Both the position numbers and the translations under genes were made by a program. The notes beneath the pieces were generated by a model, which worked only from the letters and a program-made list of their open reading frames with translations, was not told the DNA's origin and did not search any database. From the NCBI GenBank assembly GCA_965261345.1, contig OZ253449.1, positions 1,312,001 to 1,376,000 on the forward strand: a DNA stretch of 64,000 bases, given 5' to 3'. The DNA is from Chloroflexota bacterium. GTDB lineage: Bacteria > Chloroflexota > UBA11872 > VXNJ01. Below are positions 52,193 through 62,371 of the stretch, piece after piece (the first letter of the stretch is position 1; every line of letters starts with the position of its first letter).

Positions 52193-53755
52193 ATTAGGTA
52201 CGACACCGTAATCGTTGGCGCCGGATCCGCCGGCGCGGTGCTCGCCACCAGACTCTCAGAAGACCGGGACAGAACGGTTCTACTGCTGGAGGCGGGTCCC
52301 GACTATCCGGACCTTGAGCAGATGCCGGACGAGATCAAGTACGGCTACGGTGACCAGAACATTTGGGCTAAAGCGTTTGGCCACGACAGCCCGTTTAACT
52401 GGGAATTCGAAGCTCGGGCGACCGATGACCTGCCGTCGATCATGATTCCGCGCGGCAGATTGGTTGGGGGTTCGTCGGCCGTAAACGCCCAGGTTTTTCT
52501 ACGTGGCCTTCCCGAGGACTTCGATAGCTGGGCCGAAGCAAATAATCCGGGTTGGGCATTTGAGGATGTCTTGCCCTACTTCAAGGCGGTCGAATCAGAC
52601 TTGGACTTTAGCGGTGATATCCACGGTAATGATGGCCCCATCGTTGCCAGGCGCTGGCGCGAAGAGGAGTGGGTAGCGGACCAGCGGGCGTTTTACACGG
52701 CGGCTCGGGAATCCGGATTCCGGCACAGCTCAGACCTCAATGACCCCAATTCCACCGGGGTCGGCCCGATCCCAATGAACAACCCGGATCGGATCCGTTG
52801 GAGTACCGCAATTGGCTATCTGCCGCAGGCCCGGCACCGTCTCAATCTCACGATCAGGCCTGATTGCCACGTTCATCGCGTACTTATCGCCGACGGGCGT
52901 GCCAACGGAGTGGTAGTCGAGAGCGGTGGCGAGCTATTTGAGGTGCACGCTGAAGAGGTGATTCTCTCTGCGGGGTCAATCGGCTCACCGCAGATCCTGC
53001 TGCTGTCCGGCGTGGGACCGTCAGATTCCCTGGAGAAAACTGGATTGAAAGTCCTTCACGATCTGCCGGGAGTGGGCCGCAATTTGCGCGATCACCCTCA
53101 GGTGCAGCTGGATTGGCTTTCACGGCCAGGCTACAAGTTCGACCCGGCGGCGCCGAGCATGCAGGTGGGTTTGCAGTACACCGCGGCGGGCTCGCAATTG
53201 CGAAACGACATGTTCATTCATGCGTATTCGTATGTGACCGATCAAAGCTTTTACCTGGCCACCAGTGGCGACCCGAAAGGCGTGGGGATGATCGTCGCCC
53301 TTTACCTTGCCGAAGGCAGAGGTCAACTCCAGCTCGGCTCGGCGAACCCGCACGACAAACCTCTGCTGGACTACAACTATCTAGCTGAAGAATCTGACCG
53401 GCGTCGCCTGCGCGAAGGTGTACGGATCTGCGCCCGATTGGGGGAATGGGATTCGTACGCTGACGTCATCGAAAGTCCTTTGAACCCAACCAGCGCCCAC
53501 TTGGCTTCCGACGGCGCGTTGGATGCCTGGATCTCAAGCAGCATCCGAACCAGCCACCACGTATCCAGCACATGCAAGATGGGTCCGTCGTCCGATCCCG
53601 ACGCGGTCGTTGACCATACCGGTTCGGTGCACGGAATCGCGGGACTGCGAGTGGTTGATGCGTCGATCATGCCAGATTGCGTGAGGGCCAACACCAATCT
53701 GACAACGATGATGATCGCGGAACGCGTCGCCGCCTTCATTCGAAGCGAAGGCTAG
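52193..53755 (+). CDS. GMC oxidoreductase (choline dehydrogenase/MftG-like)
   Basis: YDTVIVGAGSAG (upstream of the ORF-track start), GGSSAVNA, GVGRNLRDHP, HHVSSTCKMG, ANTNLTTMMIAER. Confidence 0.9.
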   Translation: MRYDTVIVGAGSAGAVLATRLSEDRDRTVLLLEAGPDYPDLEQMPDEIKYGYGDQNIWAKAFGHDSPFNWEFEARATDDLPSIMIPRGRLVGGSSAVNAQVFLRGLPEDFDSWAEANNPGWAFEDVLPYFKAVESDLDFSGDIHGNDGPIVARRWREEEWVADQRAFYTAARESGFRHSSDLNDPNSTGVGPIPMNNPDRIRWSTAIGYLPQARHRLNLTIRPDCHVHRVLIADGRANGVVVESGGELFEVHAEEVILSAGSIGSPQILLLSGVGPSDSLEKTGLKVLHDLPGVGRNLRDHPQVQLDWLSRPGYKFDPAAPSMQVGLQYTAAGSQLRNDMFIHAYSYVTDQSFYLATSGDPKGVGMIVALYLAEGRGQLQLGSANPHDKPLLDYNYLAEESDRRRLREGVRICARLGEWDSYADVIESPLNPTSAHLASDGALDAWISSSIRTSHHVSSTCKMGPSSDPDAVVDHTGSVHGIAGLRVVDASIMPDCVRANTNLTTMMIAERVAAFIRSEG

Positions 53756-53827
53756 CGGAACTGCCAGCGCTTGCGCGCTGTGGCTTCCGACGATCGCCCA
53801 GAAGTGCAATTTACTGACAATCTCGGC

Positions 53828-54592
53828 ATGGGTAATCTGACCGCCGCCGAACTCTTGGCTCGCCGCGAACGGATTATCGGCACCGGAATCACTACCTTTT
53901 GCCAAGATCCCGTACACATCCTCCCTGGCGAGGGCGACTGGCTATATGACGCAGATGGCCGGAGTTATCTGGACATTTACAACAATGTGCCCTGCGTGGG
54001 ACGCGCCAACCCCCACCTCGTCGAAGCGATGCAGCACCGGACCGAAACGCTCAACGTCCACTCACGTTACCCGCACGAGGGCATCCTCGATAACGCAGAG
54101 CGACACTCGTCGCTTCATGCCGCTCCGATCACGACCGCGGTGTTCACCTGTGGTGGGACTGAGGCCAACGAGGTCGCGATACAGATGGCGCGCGCCGCCA
54201 CCGGCGGGCGGGACCTGATAGGCACTGAGGCGGCTTATCACGGGAACTCGACTGAGGGGCGCAAACTCACCCGGTTGCGCGGGCGCAAATTTACCGAGAT
54301 TCGGTCGATCCCGGTGCCACAGCGTTTCCGGCCGATAGGCGAAAACTGCGAACCCATCGCCGATGCGCGCGGCCGTGGACTGTTCGTGGGAATTGAATGG
54401 GTCAAGGACCGCCGCAGTATGGATCCGGACCCGGACGGGGCCGAGGTCATCATGAATCGCCTGCGCAAGGCCGGCTTCCTTATGGGACGTGCGGGGCAAT
54501 ACGGCAACGTTCTCAAGGTTCGCCCGCCGCTGGTCTTCAACCGCGAGCACGCGGATCTGTTCCTTGAGGGCGTTGTGGGCTTGCCCGCGTAA
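53828..54592 (+). pseudogene. Class III aminotransferase/phospho-lyase with a large in-frame internal deletion
   Basis: N-terminal YLDIYNNVPCVG, GTEANE and AYHGNS join directly to C-terminal RGRGLFVGIE and VLKVRPPL. The DEVQ motif and PLP-lysine region are absent. Confidence 0.82.
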
Positions 54593-54596
54593 TCTT

Positions 54597-55598
54597 TTGC
54601 CCGAACCAACCAATCTCAGCGAAGCGGAATTTCGCGCCATCGCCCGGCGCGCGCTGCCTCACTGGGGACTAAAACCAGATCGCATCGAGCTGGTTTCGAA
54701 TGCTGAGAACTGCACCTTTCGACTCGTGATGCCGGACGGCCGGTCCCGCGTGCTGCGAATCCACCGGCCAGGCTATCACACTCTGCTCGAGCTTGAATCG
54801 GAACTCATCTGGGCAGGGGTGCTAAGAGATGCCGGAATCAAAGTTCCAGTGGGGCGCAGGACGCTCGATGGGCACGGTTACGCCACGATCCCCACACCGG
54901 ACGGAAGTTCTTCGCGCGCGGTTGGATTGGCCGATTGGGTTGACGGCTACATCCTTCAGCGGGAGATCGAGCGCGAATCCGATTCCTCCCGGATCGCGGC
55001 TCGTTTTGAGCAGATTGGACGCATCGCCGCCCGGATTCACAATCAGTCCAGCAATTGGAGGCCGCCGCCGGAATTTGAGCGTCACGCTTTCGACGTGCCC
55101 GGTTTCGTCGGCCAATCTCCGTTCTGGGGCCGGTTCTGGGAACTGCCCGCGTTAAACGCCGGGCAGCGCGCGATCCTTACCCGCGCTCGCGACGGGATTG
55201 AAGCAATTCTTGGCGATTACGGTCGGGACCCGGCTGTCTTCTCGATGATTCACGCTGACCTGCACCCCAAAAACTTCGTTGTCAGCGAATCGGGCGCTCT
55301 GCACGTAATCGATTTCGATGACGCTGGTTTTGGATGGCACCAGTACGAGCTGGCTGTCGCGCTTAGTGAATTGGAAACCGAACCGTACTTCGATGAGATC
55401 GTCGCGACATTAATTTCCGGATACCGGTCGGTGCGACCAATCAGCGAAGAGGCGTTGGGGCTACTCCCGCTTTTCCTACTAATCCGGTGTCTAGTTTCGA
55501 TCGGCTGGGCCTGGGATCGCCCTGAACTCGGGCGCCGCGGGCGCATCCCGGGGATGGTCGAGGAAGCTTGCAAAAAGATCGCCGGCTTCGGTTTCTAG
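54597..55598 (+). CDS. Phosphotransferase (homoserine kinase type II / APH-like); start uncertain
   Basis: ENCTF, VLRIHRPGYH, IHADLHPKN, IDFDDAGFGW. Confidence 0.88.
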   Translation: MPEPTNLSEAEFRAIARRALPHWGLKPDRIELVSNAENCTFRLVMPDGRSRVLRIHRPGYHTLLELESELIWAGVLRDAGIKVPVGRRTLDGHGYATIPTPDGSSSRAVGLADWVDGYILQREIERESDSSRIAARFEQIGRIAARIHNQSSNWRPPPEFERHAFDVPGFVGQSPFWGRFWELPALNAGQRAILTRARDGIEAILGDYGRDPAVFSMIHADLHPKNFVVSESGALHVIDFDDAGFGWHQYELAVALSELETEPYFDEIVATLISGYRSVRPISEEALGLLPLFLLIRCLVSIGWAWDRPELGRRGRIPGMVEEACKKIAGFGF

Positions 55599-55801
55599 CC
55601 GGGATTTGTCCCGCGCCGGCCGCAACCGACGAATCGGGACTCCTTATCGAGGCCGTTGATGTTAGTCGCATCCCAGCGCTCAAGCCGCCCTGGCCACACG
55701 ATTGAAATCGGCTCACCAACGCTAGGCACGGTTATATCTACCGTCGCATCAGTTCCCAAATCTATGCGGATGAATTAACAGGTAATAACGAATCTTGGTC
55801 G

Positions 55802-58800
55802 TCAGGGCGAGCAAATGACCTCGACCTCCCACCCTTCGGCTATGCCGATATCGGCAACAACCCCAAGAAGGGAAAGGGCGTTTTGGACACTCGCCGACGG
55901 CGATTCGTTTTGGGCAGAGTGACTAAACAATTCATGCTTGCTCAAGCCAGGTTGAACGATCACTATTTTTGCCTCAGGCTTGGGTTGCAGTACTCGCCAA
56001 GACCGACGCCAACCGCTCGGCCAGCTAACGTTGTCGAATCCTAGCCGCGCGCGAAGAAACGATTCTGAGTCGCTACCGTCCACCAGCCTGAGAAAAGGTG
56101 TCTCTCTTTGATCAAGTCTTCTATGGATCTTTTCCCAGATCTGCCTACTGGGGATGAATTGACGGCTTCGGAGAGCCTGCGCTATTACTACCTGCAGATC
56201 CGTAATGCGCACACCCGGTTTACCGCCAGCCGCCTTTGCGTGCCAAAACTCAAGTCCTACTCCGCTGCGCCCAAGATCCTCCAAGACGACGTAATCTGCT
56301 AATTCCCCTTTTCCGTCGTTGCACATCACCCACCGTCTACCAAGCCCTCGCTTCGGACTAGCCAATATGAAGTCCTCGATCGTCTCATGAATCGATTGCT
56401 TCTCGATGCCTCGCCGCTGCTCGAATCTGCGAGTTTCCACGCTTATGTCGGTCGCCACCCAATCATGGTCTAGGAATTTGGCCGATGACATGGTGCTCAA
56501 ACGCGATCGCGAATCGAAGATGATATGCCCTTCTACCCGGCGACCATCAAGGAAATAAATGCTCGGCGGATGAATCGTCAAGAACTCATGCACTGGTTTC
56601 TGTTCAGCGAATCCACGTCGGACTTTCGCATCGCATTCGGAAATAGTTCGCACTTCGCCGGAAACGCTTAGGGTTCCTCGCCAGAAGGGATGTTCTTCAT
56701 CCCCACTAAAGGAAGCTTGGAATTCGACAATGCCATGGGGATCCGGGATTGCCCGGTCACAGTTGGCCAACGACAAAGTTACATCTTCGAGGCTTGCGGC
56801 CATCTCTTCCAATTGGATGTCGAAAGTCCAGCCACGCGCATGCAGTTCGGGAGCAAAATCGATTGAAACGATCGGGTTGCTGGGCCATTGGGCCAGGCGA
56901 GCTCCCCGGCTAACGTCCGGGAGTATCGGGCCGGACAGTCCGACGCGTGGGAACCAAATTCGGTTCGTTAGGTCGTCTACCCACTTGTCATACTGGCGGA
57001 GAGATGTGTATTGAGTGCTCCAGACTTTTCCCTTCGCCGTCGCTCCGCCTCTAGTGATTGTTCGACCCTCGTCATCTAAGACCTGCACCATCACATGGCC
57101 AAGGCCTGTCCGGGCGGTGTCTGATGTCCTCATCGCACCCGAGACATTCCGGCCTAGAAAGCTGCGGTAGCTTGTCGGTGCGCGTAGCCCAATCGACGAG
57201 ATCGACCTGCGGTCAAAGCTGTCAAGGTATCCGGATACGAGTTTGGGGTCGACCTTTACGGCTATTTCTGAAATACCCAATTCGTTGCGGAGCTTCCCCA
57301 AGACTTTTGGGGAATCGGAGTTTTCTACAAGGAGTGAGCAGGTCCCAACCTGGGTCGCCGACCGGTGGCTTATGACTGTTAGTCCGTATCGCACATCCTG
57401 AAGCGTTGGATCAGTCGACCACCGCGGATGAGCTGTTTGCCTTGTGCATACAACGAGGGTGTTTCCGGCCGGATTAACACCAACGAAATCAACGATCGCT
57501 CCGGAGTATTCCTGCCCTAATCTCAACTGTTCCGGCAGATCGGTTCTGAAGTTGGGAGCCCAATCTGGAGGCATCTCATTTATCGAGCCCCGATTCAATG
57601 GTGTTAGGAATGTTGGATCGACACTGGCATGAGATTCAGCAAATTCTTCGGCGTATGTCCGATCGGCTTCACCCCGGGTCACCTCTTCGTCGATAAGCCC
57701 CGGCAGAACCCGCGCCCAATCCGCATCTTCCTCATATAGTCGCCGTACCGCGTCGCACAGTTCGGGATAGACGTCCGCGTCTAGTGCACATAACAGGACT
57801 GATTGCTGAGGAAACTGCGGGTGCACGCGAGCTAGGCGCCCGATAAGTTGCACTGTCGAAGGAGAAGAACGGTGTTTATCGTGGTAGGCCGCTACGCGGA
57901 GCCTCGGGAGGTCAAATCCCTCACCGAGCATCCCAATGACTGCAACTGCTTTCGCTTCGCCAGACCGGAGTCTTTCGATGATCCCAATTCTGCGTTTTTC
58001 GCCAATGCGGCTATGCAGGATCTCGGGGTGGATCCCAAGTCCCTCATAAAGGTTCGCGAGTTCTTTTGCTCGTCGAATTGAACTGCCACGGATAAGCAGC
58101 GTGCTCGTGTGATGCTCGTTCGCCGACATGAGTTCAACTGCCCGTGCGGCGATGCGCCAGTCGACTGAGGCTTTCGACTCGCCTAATTCAACTGGCAAAA
58201 GTTCAGGAGTGATGGGGTTAAAAATTCCTTCGCCAATTGCGATTCGAACCGGATAGTGAAAAGCAATTTGGCCTGGAATTCTTTTTCGATCGCGCCGAAA
58301 CGGGGTCGCTGTGAGTAGGACCGCATTAGCGCGCACGAAATGGTCAAGAATTGCTCGCCACGTCGGGGCCGGTAAATGGTGCGCCTCGTCAACGATCACT
58401 AAGTCGAATAGATCGCTCGAGGGAGGAGATCCCTGGTAAAAAATCGGGCTGATCGATCTTGGGTGGGCAACTACGATATCAGCGCGAGCAATTTCGTTCC
58501 AATCAGTTACTCGCCCCGCTAGCTCAATTACCGAGGGGGTTGGCGCATCCTCAGGTAAGCACCCGAGCAGCTTAAGTACATTCAGCGATCGCATTTCCTC
58601 AGCAACCTGGTTACGCAACGCCACGGAAGGCTCAACCACTAGCACTCGGCGAGGGGTTGGCGATATGAGGAACGGCGCCACCATCGCGACCGCGGTTTTC
58701 CCTGTACCAGTTGGAATTGAGATAACTGGGGGTTCCGCATAGTCCAGCGAGAACGACTGGAGAAGCGCGCCAATTGCACCAAGTTGTGGATTGCGCCATT

Positions 58801-58858
58801 TGTAAATTCCGTCCCCGAGTAGGTTCAATTGGGACGAATGTTGCTGAAAGTACGACAC
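55802..58858 (-). CDS. SF2 DEAD/DEAH helicase with C-terminal PD-(D/E)xK-like nuclease; probable anti-phage protein
   Basis: PTGTGKT, DEAHH, LTATP, GEGFD, QLIGRLAR; C-terminal GELADYVVL...EFWHAK...QALRS. Confidence 0.8.
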   Translation of the reverse strand: MSYFQQHSSQLNLLGDGIYKWRNPQLGAIGALLQSFSLDYAEPPVISIPTGTGKTAVAMVAPFLISPTPRRVLVVEPSVALRNQVAEEMRSLNVLKLLGCLPEDAPTPSVIELAGRVTDWNEIARADIVVAHPRSISPIFYQGSPPSSDLFDLVIVDEAHHLPAPTWRAILDHFVRANAVLLTATPFRRDRKRIPGQIAFHYPVRIAIGEGIFNPITPELLPVELGESKASVDWRIAARAVELMSANEHHTSTLLIRGSSIRRAKELANLYEGLGIHPEILHSRIGEKRRIGIIERLRSGEAKAVAVIGMLGEGFDLPRLRVAAYHDKHRSSPSTVQLIGRLARVHPQFPQQSVLLCALDADVYPELCDAVRRLYEEDADWARVLPGLIDEEVTRGEADRTYAEEFAESHASVDPTFLTPLNRGSINEMPPDWAPNFRTDLPEQLRLGQEYSGAIVDFVGVNPAGNTLVVCTRQTAHPRWSTDPTLQDVRYGLTVISHRSATQVGTCSLLVENSDSPKVLGKLRNELGISEIAVKVDPKLVSGYLDSFDRRSISSIGLRAPTSYRSFLGRNVSGAMRTSDTARTGLGHVMVQVLDDEGRTITRGGATAKGKVWSTQYTSLRQYDKWVDDLTNRIWFPRVGLSGPILPDVSRGARLAQWPSNPIVSIDFAPELHARGWTFDIQLEEMAASLEDVTLSLANCDRAIPDPHGIVEFQASFSGDEEHPFWRGTLSVSGEVRTISECDAKVRRGFAEQKPVHEFLTIHPPSIYFLDGRRVEGHIIFDSRSRLSTMSSAKFLDHDWVATDISVETRRFEQRRGIEKQSIHETIEDFILASPKRGLGRRWVMCNDGKGELADYVVLEDLGRSGVGLEFWHAKAAGGKPGVRITDLQVVIAQALRSRQFIPSRQIWEKIHRRLDQRETPFLRLVDGSDSESFLRARLGFDNVSWPSGWRRSWRVLQPKPEAKIVIVQPGLSKHELFSHSAQNESPSASVQNALSLLGVVADIGIAEGWEVEVICSP

Positions 58859-59076
58859 AAAATTTACGCGTACATAACAAATTGCTCAAGCATCAAAAAT
58901 TGGTCACGAGCTTTATTACCGCGACCGGGTGTGCGAGGTTGATAATCCGCGGCAACGAGGATGGCCCAACCTCACAATAGACGACGAAATTGTCCCCTTC
59001 AATCTGAGCCCGAACTGCCTCGGCAGCTCTGCGGCATTGGGCCGTATAGGTCAAGTACATGGGAAAGCTAGCGCCC

Positions 59077-59529
59077 TCATTGCAACAATGAACAAATCAT
59101 GAGGGTCAAGAATGCCACTCCAAACAATGCAGCGGCGCCGTTCTCAACAGTGGTCAATCGCCAGTACCGGATACTCTTCTTTCCTTCGCGGAGAGGATCC
59201 CACTCCGACTCATAAAACTGAAAGCCCAACGATTTCTCAAGCTCCAATAGAACCCTGAATTTCGCCGAGTTCAATTGCCGGTACGCAACTAGCGTAAAGA
59301 CCCAGGAAATGGAGAGCAGCGTGCCGAATCCGCCGATCATGAACAAAAATTTCCAATCGGGCACGGTCCCGATGTCGAGCCCAAAGAATGCCAGCGCAAC
59401 AGCTGAGGTCGCAGTGAACAAACTCACGTACAACCTGTTAGCCCCTTCTCGGCGCTGGCTAACTCGGTCCGCAAATTCCGCGTGAAGTTTGTAAATCTCC
59501 AAGACTTCGCGATCGCCGGGATCTGTCAT
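59077..59529 (-). CDS. Small three-TM membrane protein (RipA/octameric membrane protein-like)
   Basis: LEIYKLHAEFADRVSQRREGANRLY, two TM helices, YRQLNSAKFRVL, C-terminal TM. Its ATG overlaps the TIR stop (TGATG). Confidence 0.75.
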   Translation of the reverse strand: MTDPGDREVLEIYKLHAEFADRVSQRREGANRLYVSLFTATSAVALAFFGLDIGTVPDWKFLFMIGGFGTLLSISWVFTLVAYRQLNSAKFRVLLELEKSLGFQFYESEWDPLREGKKSIRYWRLTTVENGAAALFGVAFLTLMICSLLQ

Positions 59530-59939
59530 CACGCGTGCTTTCTGATGGCGCGAACGACACTTTCGGTGCTCCATCCGACAACCTCGTCAGCAGCTTGTTG
59601 CACCACCGATGAGATCCGCTCACTGCCGCGCGGCCTGATCGCAATTATTGGTTTGGGGTTCCTAAATCCCTTTTGAGCTAATTTGATTTCTTCGTTGATC
59701 CACTTGCTGTAAGTTGCGTAAACCCCGGCCAAAATAAGGACGGCGTGGCACGGCGACATTTGATTACGGATCGCCTCCCGCAATTGCGCGGCAGTCCCGG
59801 CTCCGTGAACCGGGTCATCCGGCGGGACCGAATAGTTCCGAAAAGCGAAATATCCGCGTTGCCTCAAGAGGTTCATTAGTCGGTCGTATTGGTCCGAATA
59901 GTTCCACGAGTGGCTAATGAATAAGTTATATGTCTTCAT
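59529..59939 (-). CDS. TIR-domain protein (ThsB/MTH538-like, DUF1863)
   Basis: YNLFISHSW, NYSVP, SKWINEEI (catalytic Glu), KPIIAIRP, ADEVVGW. Confidence 0.88.
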   Translation of the reverse strand: MKTYNLFISHSWNYSDQYDRLMNLLRQRGYFAFRNYSVPPDDPVHGAGTAAQLREAIRNQMSPCHAVLILAGVYATYSKWINEEIKLAQKGFRNPKPIIAIRPRGSERISSVVQQAADEVVGWSTESVVRAIRKHA

Positions 59940-60335
59940 GATGAATCTCAAAAATTGATGACGATTGTTGACGTTGACCGCTCGACAAATTGGGGTATTT
60001 GGATGCGTATGTACCGGACTCCAATACCTGTGCCTGTGTCGGCCGGCCGTTTGATTTCGAGTGACCACAAACAAGTTGCCTGGTCCAAGAAAATGGCGCG
60101 ATTGGGCCGCAACGCCGCAAATAGAAAGCGACCGCCTTTCAGCAATACGCAGCCCGGCTGCCCCCCGCCGTCAAACACGCCCTTTTGATATCGGATCTTT
60201 CTACCTCTGAAGGGCGACCTTCGCTTAACAGGGCAATCTGACATCAGCTCACTCGCCAAATGACGCGTATCTCATCCGGACAGGCGAAGAAGCTCAGTTT
60301 TTTCTTTTTCAATCAAGTCCATTCCAGCTTGTGAT

Positions 60336-60356
60336 ATGCGCAGTAATTATGCGCAT
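60336..60356. promoter_or_regulatory. Palindromic putative operator ATGCGCA-N7-TGCGCAT
   Basis: Perfect 7-bp arms with an AT-rich spacer, in the divergent intergenic region about 100 bp upstream of the DGQHR gene. Confidence 0.4.
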
Positions 60357-60458
60357 CTTTGCCACGCACGATAATAGATCGGAACATCCGCTCACGTAGG
60401 CTGCGCCGGACCTCTGAGTTCATTACAATAGGCAAAAGACCTTGAGCAGGGGTGACGA

Positions 60459-61592
60459 ATGAATCGATCGAGGGTGGAAGTGGTTCGCGGCCCAACCCTA
60501 AAACGCGAAATCCAGACGGTTGTAGGCGTCATACCGGCAGAGACTTTGGTCAAGCATCATTTCGTCCCACGCCGAGACATCTTAAACGACATAGGATACC
60601 AGCGAATACCGTCAGCAAGGCGCGTAACTCAATTGGCAGGTGAACTGCGGCGCGAGAGCGTGGATTTGCCGACCTCGGTCTTGCTAAACGTTCGCGTTGA
60701 CGATCCGGGCGAATTGCTAACACGAATCGGGCCAGATATTTACACGCTGGCGTTGGACCCCGAGGAATCAGAAGGTCGTCACCGTTTGTTCGTAGTCGAC
60801 GGGCAGCATCGGATCAGCGCACTGAGCAAGGCGATCAATGAATACGGCGCGGATTTGCGAAACGTCAAGATTCCATTCGTGTGCATGATTGGAGCCGACG
60901 AAAACCAGGAAATGGAACAATTCCACGTTGTCAACTCGAACGCAAAATCGGTGCCCACTGACCTTGCTTTTGATCTATTAAAGGCGCGAGCGGAACGCGA
61001 CCCAGAATTTGCAACCTGGGTAGAAGACCGGGGTAGGAAGTGGGAAATAGACGCCCAGTCTTTGACCCAGCGACTAGCGAGTGCTTCTGGTACTTGGAAA
61101 GGTCAGATCCGCTTACCAAATTCGCCAAAAGCAGAGACAACGGTACCTTCCGGTTCGTTCGTTCGGTCATTGAAAGTTCTGCTCACCCAAATCACAATCT
61201 TTAGGCGAATCAAAGACACTGAGCGCCAAAGTCAAGTAATTGACGCATACTGGCAAGCAATTCGACGCGTCATCCCTGCCGCATTTGAGGAACCCGCAAA
61301 GTACAACATCCAAAAAGGTGTCGGTGTCGACGTGATGCATTCGATATTCCCCAACATGCTTGATCAGGCTCGATTTCACGGGGGTTCACTTTTCGCGCCC
61401 GAATCATATGAGCAGTTGGTAGGCACGGCACTGGTCAGCTTGGAAGGGCTTAACGGCGAAGGGGAAATTGTTAGTGGCGCCGAGTTCTGGAAGACCGGCC
61501 GCGCCGGCGCGGCCGGCGCCTATACCTCTGCAGCCGGAAAACGCCGGCTCGCCGATTTACTGGAATCTAAGCTACCAGATCTGGATTTGTGA
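60459..61592 (+). CDS. DGQHR-domain (DndB/ParB-like) protein
   Basis: GYQR, PTSVLLNVR, VVDGQHR, EQFHVVNSNAKSVP. Confidence 0.88.
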   Translation: MNRSRVEVVRGPTLKREIQTVVGVIPAETLVKHHFVPRRDILNDIGYQRIPSARRVTQLAGELRRESVDLPTSVLLNVRVDDPGELLTRIGPDIYTLALDPEESEGRHRLFVVDGQHRISALSKAINEYGADLRNVKIPFVCMIGADENQEMEQFHVVNSNAKSVPTDLAFDLLKARAERDPEFATWVEDRGRKWEIDAQSLTQRLASASGTWKGQIRLPNSPKAETTVPSGSFVRSLKVLLTQITIFRRIKDTERQSQVIDAYWQAIRRVIPAAFEEPAKYNIQKGVGVDVMHSIFPNMLDQARFHGGSLFAPESYEQLVGTALVSLEGLNGEGEIVSGAEFWKTGRAGAAGAYTSAAGKRRLADLLESKLPDLDL

Positions 61593-61619
61593 GCCGTACG
61601 TTTGGCGCACCAGAGGCGA

Positions 61620-62260
61620 TCCACTGATCGGCGCTTAATCGACGCCGTCTTCGCGCTGCAGTTCCTCTCCCGCTAAGAACACGTCCTCCTCGTCGGACCG
61701 GTCGGGGTGGGCAAGAGCTTTTTGGCCCAGGCCTTGGGATATGCGGCGGTCAAGGCCGGCCACTCGGTGCGCTTTGCCAGGGCCGATCACTTCTTCCGCG
61801 ATATGGCCAGGGCCAGATTGGACGCTACCTCAGAACGCACCTTCCGCTCGTATCTGGCGCCGGATCTTCTGATCCTTAGGCGATCTGGGACTGCAGCGCC
61901 TCAGCCAGCAGCAGTCGGTGGACCTGTACGAACTGGTGATCGCCCGGCACCGGGCTTCAAGCTTCGTGATCACCTCCAATAGGGCGGTCGAGGAATGGCT
62001 GGCATTGTTTGCCGATCCGGTGCTGGGCAACAGCGCATTGGACCGATTGGCCAACGCCAGTTACCAGATCGTGATCGAGGGCAAGAGCTACCGGCAGAAG
62101 CTCTCGCCGCATCGGCAACTGTTGGAGCGATTGGAGGCCGCCACGGACAGCTGAGTCAACGAATTTGACCACCGCGGTGGCATTACCCGCAGTGGTCAAT
62201 ACCCAATGAAATTAAATTAGGAAGTGCGTTACCGGGTGGCCTTAAGCCTGTGGATATGAC
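61620..62260 (+). mobile_element. IS21-family remnant (istB fragment and right end)
   Basis: GPVGVGKSFLAQALG, PDLLIL (frameshift), ITSNR, SALDRLA, IEGKSYR. Confidence 0.82.
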
Positions 62261-62371
62261 GGACGAATGGTCGTGGCGATCGACACGCGCTGAAATCGCC
62301 GGCAATCGTGCATGACGCATACCACAATTTGAGCCGGTGCCGGCTTCGGCGAATTGCTGATTCGAAATTTC

